64,000 bases of DNA, from NCBI RefSeq assembly GCF_009914755.1, contig NC_060929.1. One strand, given 5' to 3'. The notes beneath the pieces are model-generated. The model had not been told where the DNA came from. It saw only the letters and a list, made by a program, of their open reading frames with translations, and made no database searches. Positions 41,155 through 56,576 of the stretch are shown piece after piece. Positions within the stretch are counted from its first letter, which is position 1. Each line of letters starts with the position of its first letter. The position numbers were made by a program, and so were the translations under genes. The stretch is from the human T2T-CHM13v2.0 reference genome, Homo sapiens.

Positions 41155-41325
41155 CTTGCTCTTGTACTTCTGATGCCCAAGCCGGAACTTCACGTAGGGA
41201 TCGCTCAACCCGTTGGAATCCATGGCCTTGAGGTCTCTCCCTTCAATCAAGGTGATGCTGACTATTCCTCTCCAAAGATGCGATTTTCTGTGTAGGTCTG
41301 ATAGGCGTAAACTTTGGGTCTGAAA
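41155..41325 (-). CDS. MCTP1: MCTP1 exon, 171 nt, start of C2B: FQTQSLRLSDLHRKSHLWRGIVSITLIEGRDLKAMDSNGLSDPYVKFRLGHQKYKSK
   Basis: Acceptor ttgccaaaag|TTT, donor AAG|gtaacc; phase 0 to 0; DSNGLSDPYV C2 motif. Confidence 0.96.
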
Positions 41326-42050
41326 CTTTTGGCAAATGAAAATTGAGTTAGGTTACTGTGTTTTAAACCCAAAAACCTCATTTTGGCGTTACCTTTTCTC
41401 CTGTTATGATTCTTCAAAAAATAAAGGATCGGCAATTATAATTTTTTTAACTAAAAATAATTATGAATTATTAATTAATTATAAAATTAATAAATTATGA
41501 AATTATCATTTCATGATAAATTCGTTGTGTAAAAGAGTTGAGTGTTCAAAATACAGTCTAGCTTTTCAATTCTTAAGATTACAAGATGTAGATACTTCAA
41601 GAATATCAGAGAATATTTGCATGTGTGCCAAATAGGCTTATGCCAAAATATGTATACAATAAATGTTAGAAATATCAAAGGCCTCGTTCATACTGTGGTA
41701 TTTAATTTTTAAACTATTTATGGTGTTTGAAGATCTCTATGTTATAAATATATTTTACAGGTGGTTTTTAATTGCAAGATTAGTTGCAAGTTCTATCCAG
41801 ATAGTTTAAAAACTTCTTTCTTGCCACATTTGGAGATTATTGAGCTTCAGATTGCTAAAGGACAATTTAAGTTACCACAAAATAGAAAACAAAATCAATA
41901 AGCCCATCTAAGATGTCTTGCTTATACCTAAAACTTTCATCACAAATATTTAAAATGTTTAAAGTTACCCATGTGATTTATATTGGCAAGTATGTTTCTG
42001 AATTTATTTTACATTTTAGTATCTGAATATTTTCTTTAATGACTTTTATT

Positions 42051-42431
<381 letters not shown>

Positions 42432-44036
42432 TAATCTCTTTAAACTAAAAAGGACATAAAACAAGCCATAGAAAGTAACTAAATGTGAAAACATTTTCAA
42501 TCTGGATTCAGCATCAAGCAGTACTGTAAAAATAGTTTCTTTCATATTATCAAATGTGTTTTTCCTACTCACAGTCATTTCATAAAGAAATTCAACATTC
42601 CTCTCAACCTCAAAGTACACTTCTAAATTACGGATTAGCACTACTTTCTATCTGATCCGTTCTACGTTAATGTTACAAAGTTACAGTCTATTTTACGTAA
42701 CTCTGCCTCCCACTTTGACTTCCTACCTTTTTCCATACCAGAGCAACGCCATAGGTATTTTTATCATCATCATCAAAAGTCATGCATTTCAGAGTGCTTC
42801 TATTAGGAAAATGAAAACTACATTCTTCAAAAGATAATACTTCTAATATTTGAACATTTCAATGAAAATCTTTCAAAATCACATTGCATATTTTCCTGCC
42901 TTGTTGAACACAGCACATTTTGAACTTTGCCTGGTGGCTCTGCCCTATGAATATCAACGCAGGCTTTTGTCTACATACTCTTCATCCCTGTGAGCTTCAA
43001 GAGCAGCATTCAAATGTGTTCTGAAGTGTAATGGAGAATTCATGGAGCACCTGCAAGTTCTGCAGAACTCCATGCCCACTTCAGCTGGAGCCCCTCTGCT
43101 CCTGTCTGTTCTCCATATTGGATTTCCACATTGGATTTTGTTGAACAGAGGACTTCTCAGATGAAAGTAATTGTTTAGAATTTGTTGCGCCCAGTTATGC
43201 CCAAGGTCTTTGTTTTAGTTCTAAGATTTCATGCAACTTATTATTATATAATCCAGCTGTAGATTTTGGTGTATGACTGGTTTAACCACTTCTGCTGCTG
43301 TTGAGACTGCCTCTAACAGCAGACTCTAGAGAATTGGGTTTTAAACTTTGGACTGGAAACTTTTTTAAGGAATATGAGTAGCAAAGAAGGAAGCAAAGAA
43401 AACAAATGTTGTGGCAAGCAAGAAGAAGTAATTATTTTAGCAAAGATCAAGGAGCTAATAGCTGCCAACTTACATAGAGCTTTAGAATTTAAAAGTGTAC
43501 ATATCTACATTACAACATTTGGTTCCCACGAAAACCCCATGAGGTCAGAAGGCAAGGCTTCTTAGCCCCATTTTACTGATGGAACTCAGAGTGGTTGTGC
43601 TCATAAATGGTAGATATATGACTAGAACCCCAATATTTCTCATCTTTATTCCTGAGCTTCCCCAATACAAGTGTTTAGGGTGGAGATTCTCTCATAGGTT
43701 AAAAGGTAAGTATGATTGAAACAAAATGTTTCCAAAGGGTACTCTCCACTTAAGTGGCAAGCACATGGCTAATTCATGAAATTGTCTTTTACTTTTCTAT
43801 TATATGACCACATGTGTTTATAATATTTCAGCTTGTTGAAGAATATACTTAATGCCATTTTTCTATGTGCTCTCTAGAAGCAGTCAAATAGTAGCTGGGT
43901 AAAAGCTAGTTTACACAGTGTCTTCAATTAGCAATGTGAAGTAAGTTTCTTTAACAGTGCCATGTCTAAAATAGTGCCTTCCTTGCTTGCTCCTCCTTTC
44001 ATTTTGTTTTCTGGTTTTTTTGTTTGTTTGTTTTTA

Positions 44037-44118
44037 ACATGAGAACATGAACTTGGCTTACAGAGTGAGGGAGAGAAAAGCCATTTTCACCCTGTAAGTC
44101 AAGTTCATGTTCTCATGT
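44037..44118. repeat. Inverted repeat, 32-bp arms (30/32 matched), 18-nt loop
   Basis: acatgagaacatgaacttggcttacagagtga ... tcaccctgtaagtcaagttcatgttctcatgt. Confidence 0.95.
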
Positions 44119-45042
44119 AAAGCTCACAGGAGGAGAAAAGATTCCATTTTCCATTGGGTCCTTTATGCTTTCACAGAAATAAAATGAACATAATAGAGAC
44201 TTTACCTACTGCCATTAGTTGCTGTGAAATGCTTTTCTATAACCCAGAAGAACATTTCCAAAACAACTTGGGGAGCTAAGTGGGAGGAAGGAGAACATTT
44301 CTTCATAAAAACAGGGCTAATGGGTGTGGTAATTATGGGGACCTGCACATAAGGCTAAGAAGAAGAAATTTAAAAAGTTTCAAAGATATTCTATTCAGAT
44401 ATTTTTTAAGTGATGTTTTCTTCTTCAATAATTTTTGTTCAAAATGGTACTTCTCTACAAAGAAACTCCATAATTCAATTGTAGATTTTATTGAGCAACT
44501 GCATAGTCATGAAACTGTTAAATATTTAGTCTATGCATGAAGAAGTGAGACTTGAAATAAAATTACAGGTAAAGGTAAAAGATATAAACATAGGCTACCA
44601 ACAGCAGAAAAGATAAGCATGTAACATAAATAAATGTTCACTCACATCTTCCTAGCAATTTCTGGCTATATGCTTGGGCATGTTTCTCCCTCTCTGGGAC
44701 TCAGTTTTCTTATGTTTGATTTTTCTAGACTGTACTTCAGGGCCCCAGGTGTACTAACAACACTTTTCTGTGTGTATCTACGGGTGGAGGGAGGTTGTGT
44801 GTTCAGGGGCCTACAGAGAAAGAAGTACACTCCATAAACAATGAAGATTTAGCTTGCTCAAGATAGTCATTTATTACTTTTACTTATTTTCAGAATCAAA
44901 GTTCTGGGGAGCTCATTGAGGGAGTGGGGATGGGCAGAATACCACGGCAAAAAGAAACTTTGCAAACTATGAAATTCTGATGCTCTCCAAGGTAACTTCT
45001 GAGTCACTTGCTGCTCTGTTTAAAAAGTTTGCTTCCTCTGTA

Positions 45043-45232
45043 TAGCAAATCTCTCAAATATGTGGTCCACAGACCAGTGGCATTGATGTCACCTGGGAAC
45101 TTTTTAGAAACTCAAATCCTCTGACCCCATCTAGACTAACAGCATCAGAAACTCTGGGAGTGGAGCCAGGCATTCTGGTTTAACCAGCCTGCCAGGTAAT
45201 TCTGATACACACTCTAGAGTGAGGATTCTTGC
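45043..45232. mobile_element. MER5A DNA transposon fossil
   Basis: ctctcaaatatgtggtcc..tcacctgggaact..tagaaa..atcagaaactctgggagtgg..ccaggtaattctgat. Confidence 0.88.
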
Positions 45233-46244
45233 TTTGAAAGTTATGTGGTGCATGCGCACTGGCTTCTCTTTGTTCTAATAACTATTAATACAATTGTAGA
45301 CATTAACGTGAATATTATTTATGCTATTTAAAGTCCTTTTTTAGTCCTGCTTCTAAATTTACTGATTAGGGAAGCATATTGGTCTAGATATTTGGAGTAT
45401 TTAAAAAGAGAAGTAGGACCCTACTGAATAATTATGAAAAGCTGTGCTTCTTTTCTTCCTTTATTATTTTTTCTCCTAAATATATCTAAATAACACATAT
45501 TTATTGAAGTGTTGCTAGTCCACCAAAATCACTTATTGAGCACCTAAAGGGCAAGGAGTATTAAACAAATCCAAGGTATCACTCAATAAAATTTGCATAT
45601 TGCGGCTGGTACTTAGTTTTCTGAGGTAATGCTCTCAACTAGGTCCTTGTTGAATTAGAACTCTTCTTGAGGAGGACAAGAAAAAAGGCAGGAAGAATAA
45701 AAAGGAAAAAACCAACCTTGTTCTTCAAAGCAAAGAACAAAACCAAAGCCCTTAAAAGGAAGGAATAATCTTTGAACTTGTAAGGTAGTTGTTCTCAAAT
45801 TCTAGCAGTCAATTTACTGAAATTGCGTGATTCTCTGAGATGTGATTCAGTTCTTATGGAGTAGAGCTGTATCTGTATTTCAGTATGTGCCCCATGTGAT
45901 TCTCATACATCCAAAGTTTTAGATCCACTTTCATAAGGAGTATTCATCCAAGTTCATAATTAATAAAGAATATCAAGACACCAGGTAACAATACAGATTT
46001 CAAAGTCTGAAGCAATTAGTCCATAACATGTATCTTTAGTAAGATTTTAGAACAAATGAGCTGGCAATGTAAAGAAAGTGTTAGTTACATTATTCCTTGA
46101 AAAAAATTAAGATTACAATTCCTTTTCATATCTACAAAATAGGTTAGTATAGGGAGTGGGTTTTCAGTACAGTAAGTTGGCTCTCAGAAATCCCAGCTCA
46201 TGCAAGCTCAGAAAAAAATAAATGAACTGAATGGTTGAACTTAC

Positions 46245-46322
46245 TTGTACATTTTTGCAATAAGGATTCTGAAGCTCTGCTCTGCAGAAGCCCAGGACAG
46301 GAAGAGCTGGCCTGCCGCACGT
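46245..46322 (-). CDS. MCTP1: MCTP1 exon, 78 nt, linker (probable cassette): TCGRPALPVLGFCRAELQNPYCKNVQ
   Basis: Acceptor tttccatccag|ACG, donor CAA|gtaagt; phase 0 to 0; peptide recalled from the long human isoform. Confidence 0.9.
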
Positions 46323-47129
46323 CTGGATGGAAATGAATGATCAGAGCTGTACGGGGAAGCTTTGTACCATTCTCAACCCCTCATTTTGATCAGCAGTTTG
46401 AATTACTCTTCAGAAAACATTATTTGAGAAAATTTGTATTTGCTTCTCAAGTCACTGTCAGAAAATGTCTTATAGCACAATGAAGATAAATGTCAATGCA
46501 ATTCTACATTTCCAGCCACTATTTTCTTTAGTAGAATGATGCTGCAGTGGTCAAGGAAATGAAGCCCAGAGATTATATGGTAATAGAGCCTAATTAAGTG
46601 ATTTCAGGTTTTTGTTAATAGGTGCATCAGAGAAAATAACTATAGCAAGAGAAATCATGGAAAGAATAATTGTTTCCAAGTCTGCTGCTTCAAAATGTCA
46701 GAATAGTGATAAGCTTTCAGAAAAATAAATGTGACATGAATAGGCAAAAACTAAGATCATATTAACCTTGCATCCCACATGTAAATCTTTTGCAATGATT
46801 AAAGAAGTATCTCTAAACTAATAGGGAAATTTTGTCCCACATGACACCTCCCTTTTCTGCCTTTGCTACGAAAAAGTAACCCAAAGATCCCTTCACTACC
46901 AAGACCAAGAGTAGCAAGAGATGGATTAAGAAAGATATAGCTGAACAGGAACTCCTGGGGGGAAATTATCATGGTGGGACTGAAAGTTTATATTACAGGT
47001 CTTCTGGAGCAGTTAAAGAAAGGTTCTTAACAATAGTATTATGATGAGATTAGAGTGAGTCATCAGCCTTAATAACATCAACAGAGAAGACTGGATTAGG
47101 GCAGTCAGAAAGGTGGGTTAAATCACACG

Positions 47130-47330
47130 GAAAGAAAGGAACATTTATTGTGCAGCTATTACATGCTGCTGTTTTCGCACTCCAGTGTTTTTCATGACAG
47201 GAATCTTATTTTAAGGTAAATAAACTGAGGCATAGAGAAGATAAGTACCCCACTCAAAGCCAAATGACTAGAGATTGGCAAGGCTGAGATTTGAATCTAG
47301 AGTTGCTGAGACCTAATCAATGATTTCCAC
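47130..47330 (-). mobile_element. MIR SINE
   Basis: acatttattgtgc..taaactgaggcatagagaag..gagatttgaatctag. Confidence 0.7.
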
Positions 47331-48808
47331 CCCCCACCCATGTCTCCCTTTTTTTGACAGAGACTAAGAAATTCATGGTACAACAAAAGAAATTAATTGG
47401 TATAGGAGTTTTCAAAATACTTTGCCTGTCACTTAGGTGAAATGTATCCTTGGTTATAGATTATCGAGAAAGGCTAATCGAGGGATTAGAGGAAGTAAGA
47501 GTAGGCGGGTGGTAATAACCCTAGCATATGTTATTCACTTTACTCTATAATAAATTATAGTTCAATGTCTACCAGTAAGGTGGTGAAGTCATAGAATCTA
47601 GCATATAAATTGGAAGCATTTCTATATTCCAGTTTTAGTTTAAAAAGTTTAGTAATTCCATTTCTTGAAAAGGTGGATCACTAAAAATGAGATATTTTAT
47701 TTTTCTCGTTGTGATTTAAAAATGGAAAATTAAAAAAAATCGATTTAGACTTAATATGATACTAAGGGAACACAGTTAAACCAATCCCCTTCCCTGATAA
47801 GTACAAATAATCCTTGGCTTTTGTTATCCTGGATTTTATTACCTGTGTACAACCTAATCTTTCCAAATGAGACCCAGACACTGAAACGGGGAGTGAAAGA
47901 CATTGCTTATGTGTTTACAATAAGCCATGTGTGGAATCAGCTCTTTCTTCTATTTTCAGCACAGGGTGCATGTGCTTTTATTTAATCAAATGATCCCCGA
48001 GACACTACAAAGAAGAGATAATGACAGCCTAGAATGACTGTTTTGTGCTGCAAAGACGAGTGTGGAGCAATTAGCTCAATCCCAGGCAAAGGCCTGTTCT
48101 ATCTTTTGCTTTTCCTGCTGAGTTTATTCCAGCGAATTGCACCTGGATGATGAAGTCCAACAAGTGCATTTGTTCTGCCATCCACCCATCCTCTCAAAGT
48201 AGGATTGCTTTTACAGAAAACTCTCCCAGTGCTTTGTCCAGCCCAGTCTGAAGTGTCTCATCTTATAATAAAGCTTTGATCCTTTTTTTCTTAGAAGATG
48301 ATTTACTGGCACCATAATCCTTAGCGAAATTCTGCTGGTTTTTAATCCTTAAACTTTCTTTTGTATTTCCATTGCTTCTTGATACAATTTATGGTGCCAG
48401 GAAGTTCTTTATGTTTACTTAAGATGTTTTAACTATCCTCTCTAACTTTAATCGTGGTCCAACAAAATTTCAAAGCTTTTACTACGTTTGTTCGAAAATA
48501 CATACAAATAGAAAATCATCACATATATTGTAATCGTTTTGGCTTGCTGAAATAATCTACAAATTTCTAGCAATAATATGGGAAAGGAACAATAGTCTTG
48601 GGCCTGCCTTACAGAGACCTGTTTTTTTTTTTTTTTTTGAGACTGTTAATTAAAAGTTACACCTATTTTTGAGTATAAATAACATCATACTTAAAAATGG
48701 AGATAATTCCTGAACTCATCTTGGGTGGATGTTACCTATGGTTGAGTTGTTTAGCGTGTAAGTGCTTCAGCACAGGATTCCATTCTTGTTTTAAAAAGCC
48801 AACAACTC

Positions 48809-49139
<331 letters not shown>

Positions 49140-50745
49140 TCAAAAACTCTTCTCCTTAACCTTCAATCTTCCTTCAGACACACTTTTGCTTGACCTGACC
49201 GGAAGGCGGTACTCTGATATAACTTCTAAATTACTTTGTATTTTTCTATGTACTCTTCTTTGCCCATTGTGACCCTTTTCTTGATTTTTATATGAAGTAT
49301 CTTGGCACGTTCCAGACTTTTCCACTTAAAAAATATTTAAATTTCTCTTTGATTCACTGCAATGTTCTTGTAAGGTGGTTTGCTCAATTAACTCTTTTAT
49401 CAGGGTCTGTAAGTCCACTCAGTGGAGATAACTAAAAAGAAACTTAAGCATGCTAAATATTTGAACACACTGCACTAAGTTCCCACCTTTAAGTGGGAAG
49501 TTAGTCTTTAATACAATTTTTACTTAATCTGATTCACATAATTTTTATTGTTTTCATGAGAAACATGGTAATTGTCATATCCATGGCTTAATATTTTTTA
49601 TCCTAAGATAGTGTTTTGATGAATAACAAATGTTATGTTTTCAGACAATTAGACTATCCCTGTACACAGTCTTTTCTTCCAGGAAAATTAAGATACAGCA
49701 AGTAGCACTGATGTTCCAGCTGAGCAAGTTTTTACTAGGATGTAGTTTCATTCAGTGTAAATCAGTTGCTATCTCTTGGACACATGTATTGATCTGTATA
49801 AATCTTGATAGGAATTTATTTCAAATCACATCCTGCTTAACCCACAAAGCACATGTATACTCTTCATGAAAGATTTTATCTACTTAGACATTTTGCATAT
49901 CTGAAAATGTCCCTGGGTAACCTCCTTTCATATACATCTCCTCTAAAAGCTCATCAGAATAACAATATTGCTTGGGTAAAGAGCAGTGAGGTCAGTTAGT
50001 TACCAGAGTGACCTTTGAATGTGACTATGGAAGATAATACTCAACCAAAGTAGACTTGGTCACTGATTTTCTGATTTTGTAAATGGCACATCAGACACAG
50101 CAATCTCATGGCTCTTAAACACATCCATCCATTGGTGGCTAACATAGCTGCTGAAGAAAAGGGTCAAATAATGCAAGAAGAATTTGAAAGGGTGTCAATT
50201 AAAAATAACAGGCTAAGGAACAGCTTTATTTATACAAGGTATTTTTATTCATCATAAACTCAAAGAGGGACTCTACTGCTGTAAGTTCTTCAAAACATTT
50301 ATTTGTATGGCATTCAGAGAGAGAGAAATATTGCCTCTGATCATGCCATCTGGGTACCTCAAGGCAATGACATCAGTGTGATGGGCCTTACTTTCCTCAT
50401 TGGTAAAACAGATGACCCCTAAAGGTTATGCCTATATGACTCAATTCATTTGTCAACTCTTCATTGTCATAGGCCCAGAGAAGACATTACCATCACACCG
50501 TGGATACAAGAAAGTTTGTTTATTTTTAAACTTGCACATTTGTTATTCTAGGATCAAAGAGTTCAAGAGATTGAGAAAGGTTATTAAAGAATATTTGGGG
50601 ATGAACACAACCAAATGGAAAGTACTGATAAGAGGAAAACTTGGAAGTAGCAAAGAAGATCTTGAGAGAGCCACTTGAAAGGGAAACACTTGAAAAAGTA
50701 TTAATTATGAAGTTCGCCCTGGTGACAAATCTTCATTCACAATGA

Positions 50746-51138
<393 letters not shown>

Positions 51139-52302
51139 TAATTTTTGGATAAAGCCATTATCCATTTAAAGTCATGGAACAATTTAAAAGCACTCATCCT
51201 GTGTGTTCCTGGACAATGCATGAACATATAAGAGGAATTATTATTTCAGCAAAGTACAGAGTAACTTCAGTGAAGGCAGCCAAACAGTAGAAATGAAAAG
51301 GGTATAATTACTAAAATAAGCTCACAACAATAAAAAGCTGCAAAAAAAAAAAAAAAAAAAAAGTGCATGTGCATTCGAGCTGGTAAGGATGAATAAATGT
51401 GGCGTATACTTGCTCACTGGTCAATACATGACTTAATCTGGTACCTGCCTTTCTACTTAAGAGACACTACAACAAATATTAAAATTCTAAAGAAAAAAGG
51501 TAGTTTTCAATAATGAAAAGTTTGCGAGTTAAGAAAGGAAAATGGACAAGCCCTAAGAGTGTAGCATTTTCATTGTAATATCTATTGTTACATTAAGCAT
51601 ATACCAAGTGTGAATTTTCAAAGAAAGAGGAACATTCTTAAAGGTAAAGCAGTAAGTGCATTAGTAATAAATTGTGCTGTGCATAATGCAGAATTAGAGC
51701 AGAGAAAAAAATGGATGGTCATTATGCTTTAATCATCAAAGAGTAAGTTAAATTGCAATGACATTTAAAACAAATTATCTGTGAATCATCATTTTGTCTT
51801 TATTTAAATCAAAAGAGTTGCTGTTTTCTAAATTATAGGATTTCTTTTCAAAGAAAGAGCACTGATCAGTATATATCTAGGACAGAGTTATAGTATAGAT
51901 CACTGTAACAGAAGTAAATATTTTTCTCAAGCAGAAATGGAGCAGAAAATTCTAATCTCATTTTACAAGAGAGGAAAGAAAGAGCCTTCATGGACCTTCC
52001 AGATGGCACCGTTATATTCCTGGAGAGTCCCTGGGACTCTAGCTTCTCAGAATTTGGAATAAACTTGGTTTCATAAAATGACTTCAAAGAAATATGTTCA
52101 ATTTATGAAGTTCTTAATTTTTACAAGTGTAGAAATAAAAGTGAGTTACCTAGATGACTTAGAAGATAATAAAGAAGGCAAATGAATACCTCTATCTGGA
52201 AGCCTATCTTAAAAAATGAAACTCTTAGTTGCCATGTAACTTTCAAAATTGCTATCCAAAACCAAAAATCAAGAATATTAACAAAAAGGATTTAGACATT
52301 AC

Positions 52303-52362
52303 CCTCCAAAAGAGAGACTTCACAGAGAAATAAGATCCAACCACTTCATTTTCTGAAAGTTC
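52303..52362 (-). CDS. MCTP1: MCTP1 exon, 60 nt, linker (probable cassette): ELSENEVVGSYFSVKSLFWR
   Basis: Acceptor ttgtttctag|GAA, donor AGG|gtaatg; phase 0 to 0; peptide recalled from the long human isoform. Confidence 0.88.
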
Positions 52363-53729
52363 CTAGAAACAAACAAATATTTAGCTACATTTTGAGATGT
52401 TTTTGAGAATAATTAATATTGTAAATACAAACAAATAAAATCAAAGCAAATAAAAAATCGAAAATTATATATCCTAAAGATACTTGGGATATTTAGAAAC
52501 TGTAAGTTTTCTTCCCTTGAGTAAATTAAAATTTTTGTGGTAGTAAAGTTTAGAGAGGATTATTTCTGTAATTTTTTAAGAGTCCACTTACCTTTTCATT
52601 CTTAAGTATTCATTAATATATTTTAGAGTCTGATGGTTTATTATAGAAAGTAGACTGTTCAAGCATATTTTAATATTTTAAAGTAAAGCAGATATTTATT
52701 CCTTTTAACAAAACAATTATGTTAACCATTGAACTTCAGAGCATTTTTAAAGAATGATTGCAGAAGTCTTATTTATAAACATGCACCTAGTCAAATTTGG
52801 TTTACATTTCTACAAAAAATTCCAAATTTTATAATACAATTAACAAACATAATAAGTGACTTAGTTAACTGAAGTTCGCTGACAATAATTTTAAAAAGGA
52901 ATGAATACTGAGAGAGTTGGCTATTGGACTAAAAGCAATGCAATGGATTCAAGTAGAATAGTTTATTACTTAATCCTCAGACTTTTATAAAGGAAACCAA
53001 TTCAACTTTGGGAAATAAAAAAATAGCTATCCATTTTTAAATAGAATATCTAAATTACAGTCTTCCCTTAAATGTTAAAGCTTTGCATTCTGTCTCTAGG
53101 TGTCAGTTATGATAAAGTTTCAGGAAACTGATGACAGTTATGGGAAAGCATCAATAGTTGACACTGTGATAAAGAGGAAGCACTTTTGCAACTTCCTTGA
53201 TTATTCTATGATTTTGTGTCAGCAATTAAGATTTTGGAGGCGAGGTGGGAATTTTAATGATCAAGATTTAGGACTTTGGTTTCTCTTTTAAAATTTGAGA
53301 AATAAAAATATTAGCCACATTTAGATGCATTGAAGTCCCCAGGCTGTGCTTTTCATGCCATGTTTAATTACTTCTGTCATCCATCAGCTAAAATTTATAT
53401 TTCATTTTACAACCCCTATTCTCATGTAGATTTAGGCCTTTATTTCAGAGGAAACAATTTAATTTTCTTGTGGACCCTGTGCCATTTACAACAGACCAGC
53501 CAAAGCCTTCCTTTCACTAGAGTCTAATGATAATAACAATAACAACAACCACAACCACAATAATAAGGCACCTGGCATTACAGAATGAGTCCTAAACAGA
53601 AGTGGTGATTGTATTACGGAGAACAAGAAAAACAGCATAAACTATTCATGAATTCCAGAGAAAACTTATCTTAAAGCATAATTGTAGATATTTAGTTACG
53701 CTTCAGTCTTCATCAAGACAAGAGGCTAA

Positions 53730-54119
<390 letters not shown>

Positions 54120-56550
54120 TCAATTGATAATGCAAAATTATTAAAGTTATTCTGAAAGATGAATTGTTAAACTGTTTCTACCAAGATTTCTAATTTATAA
54201 GAGTAGTAAGATGCATTGGGAATATCTTATTTGTTTCTATTTTTGCCTCTAAAAATCTAATACACACTAAGAAAATTTCTCCTCAAAGATAAAAAAATCT
54301 AATTATGAATCTAAATATTAACCAGATTTTAGAGTAAAAAATCTAGAAAAGAAATGTTTTTTTCACAGGGAAATAAAATTAAAGGACAGTTTATTTTTTT
54401 CTAACAAATGCATATAATGTGATTTTTTTCAGCCTTCTACATAAATCATAGAAATCTTTAAAGACTTTTTCATCAGATGGAATAACAATTAGACAACAAG
54501 CTTTTATTAAAAGTGATATTTTAAAATTAGTCGTAATGTGTACAGAGCTTTAAACATAACACATACTATTACAAACTCAAAACCTTCACAAATTGATTTG
54601 AAATTGTGAAGCCTGATATTCAAATCTAAGAGTCAAGTCAGCTAGTATTCCTGATTACAAAAGCATGCTTTCATAGGAACTCAATTTCCTTTATCAATAC
54701 AATTTTGGCCACTTAAGAGATTAAAAAATAAATAAATACACAAACAAATCATGTATATAAACTTTCCTGGTCAGATTGCAATCACTGTTCATCAAAACAA
54801 TGGCTCTTGGATGCTTCCATCCTAACAATAAAGATGCCTCATGATATTGACTAAGCTTATCAATTGTTACGTTAACCAGGGCTTTGGAGCCAGGATCCTG
54901 ACAAAATTATAAATCGTTTCACTGTATACATTTAGGGTCCCTTAAGACCAACAAATCTCCTCCCAGTTCCACTCAATTTAATAACTAACTGTCTGTCTAT
55001 CCATCCATCCATTCATTCACCCTTCCATCTATCTTTCTTGTTAAATTAAAAGGCCATGTAATCGCACAGCAGCCCTTAGTTCTGCTATCCTGGAACCCAG
55101 TTATATTAGGTCTCCCCTTTTAATCGGTCCAGGAAGAATCCTAAGAAACTGGCCGACTCACTTGATAACACATGCCACCAATGTGAAGGCCACCCAGCAA
55201 CCACACAATAAACATCCTAGACCTGAAACACAAGCATTGTGGAATCCATCCTCTCACTGAGATTACATTTTGTCCCTTCACTTTGTACCAACTCATCCAG
55301 ATCTGCTCCAGAAGAACCCACAACATTTAGAAAAGCCAACAAGAGTACTCAAATAAATGTAATGCCATTGTCACAGCAAATCCCTGTAGCTATGAATTAC
55401 AATACATAAAAATTATATTTTATGCCTTTGGGGAAATATTGTCAAAATAGCAAGGAAAAACCATCTCAACATAAAATTTAATTATGGCTCCATGTATTTT
55501 GTGGGGCTAATGAAATATCTACTGACATTATAATATCTCTTTTAAATAAACTTACTACAAATTTCAGGACTTTGGTTAGGTGGGGTCAAAATATATTCTT
55601 TGATAATAGAAATACTCACTGCTATTTACCATTTGTTCATTGTTGCATTTTGGAATCTCAGAAGTCTTGCTTATGAGGTTGATATTATAACATTTCCAAA
55701 TAATACAGATTTGGGAGTACAGACAATGGCAAAGTAAAAATCTTTTAAAATAATTTTATGTTTACTTCAAAAATACCGAGCATGTACTTTTTTTCAAAGA
55801 CATATGCGTAATGACTAGAAATATGGCACCTAAGAAAAGCCATTTTGGTCACTCATAGTTGAGAAAGTCTATGACCAAGAGTTTTCATTTTTGCCGCTTT
55901 AAAAAAAATTGCCTATTTATTATCAGGATATAATTTTTTTGTGGAAAGAACTTGATAGTTGCTAAATAATGACTTTTTTTCATCATGTCTAGCTGACTGT
56001 GTGAGATACTTAAAGATGTGTTAATCTGTTTCTCCACCGTTAGTTAAATTAAAGCACTTAGAGTTTTTGCTGATGCATTTTTAATGTGTCATCCAAGGTG
56101 TCAGGTTTAACTACTACGCCCTGCAGACTTACAGAGTTGAAAGTGTTCTCTAGTTTAAATTAACAATCTCCTTGCCAAAAGTCTTATTAAAAATTGCTTC
56201 ATTCAACCAATGAATAAAGTGTTTTATAGTTCATTAAAATTATGCTAAGTGGTTATAATAAAATCTTTATAAAAAGATGTATTATTAAAAAAAGATATAA
56301 GCTGTCAAGTAATAGAAGATATGATAATCAGACACCATCACAGTAGTCTGTATTATATTATTCAAAGGATGAACTTTTCTGAAAGAAAAACTATTCTAAA
56401 CTGTTATTGTCAAAAATATGAATTGCAATGCGTATGTTTTTATATCATCACGATAATATTTGTTATATAATTGAAGTAATTTATTGAAAGCACATAAGTT
56501 TATTATTATCTCACCTTTACCCATTGGTAAATTCATTATTCTAGGTTAAA

Positions 56551-56576
56551 ACACACACACACACACACACACACAC
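56551..56576. repeat. (AC)n microsatellite
   Basis: Direct reading. Confidence 0.97.

Noticed and set aside
52585-52660. Perfect minus-strand donor AAG|GTAAGT at 52592/52591
   Set aside because: No convincing polypyrimidine acceptor upstream; isolated consensus donors are common in long introns.
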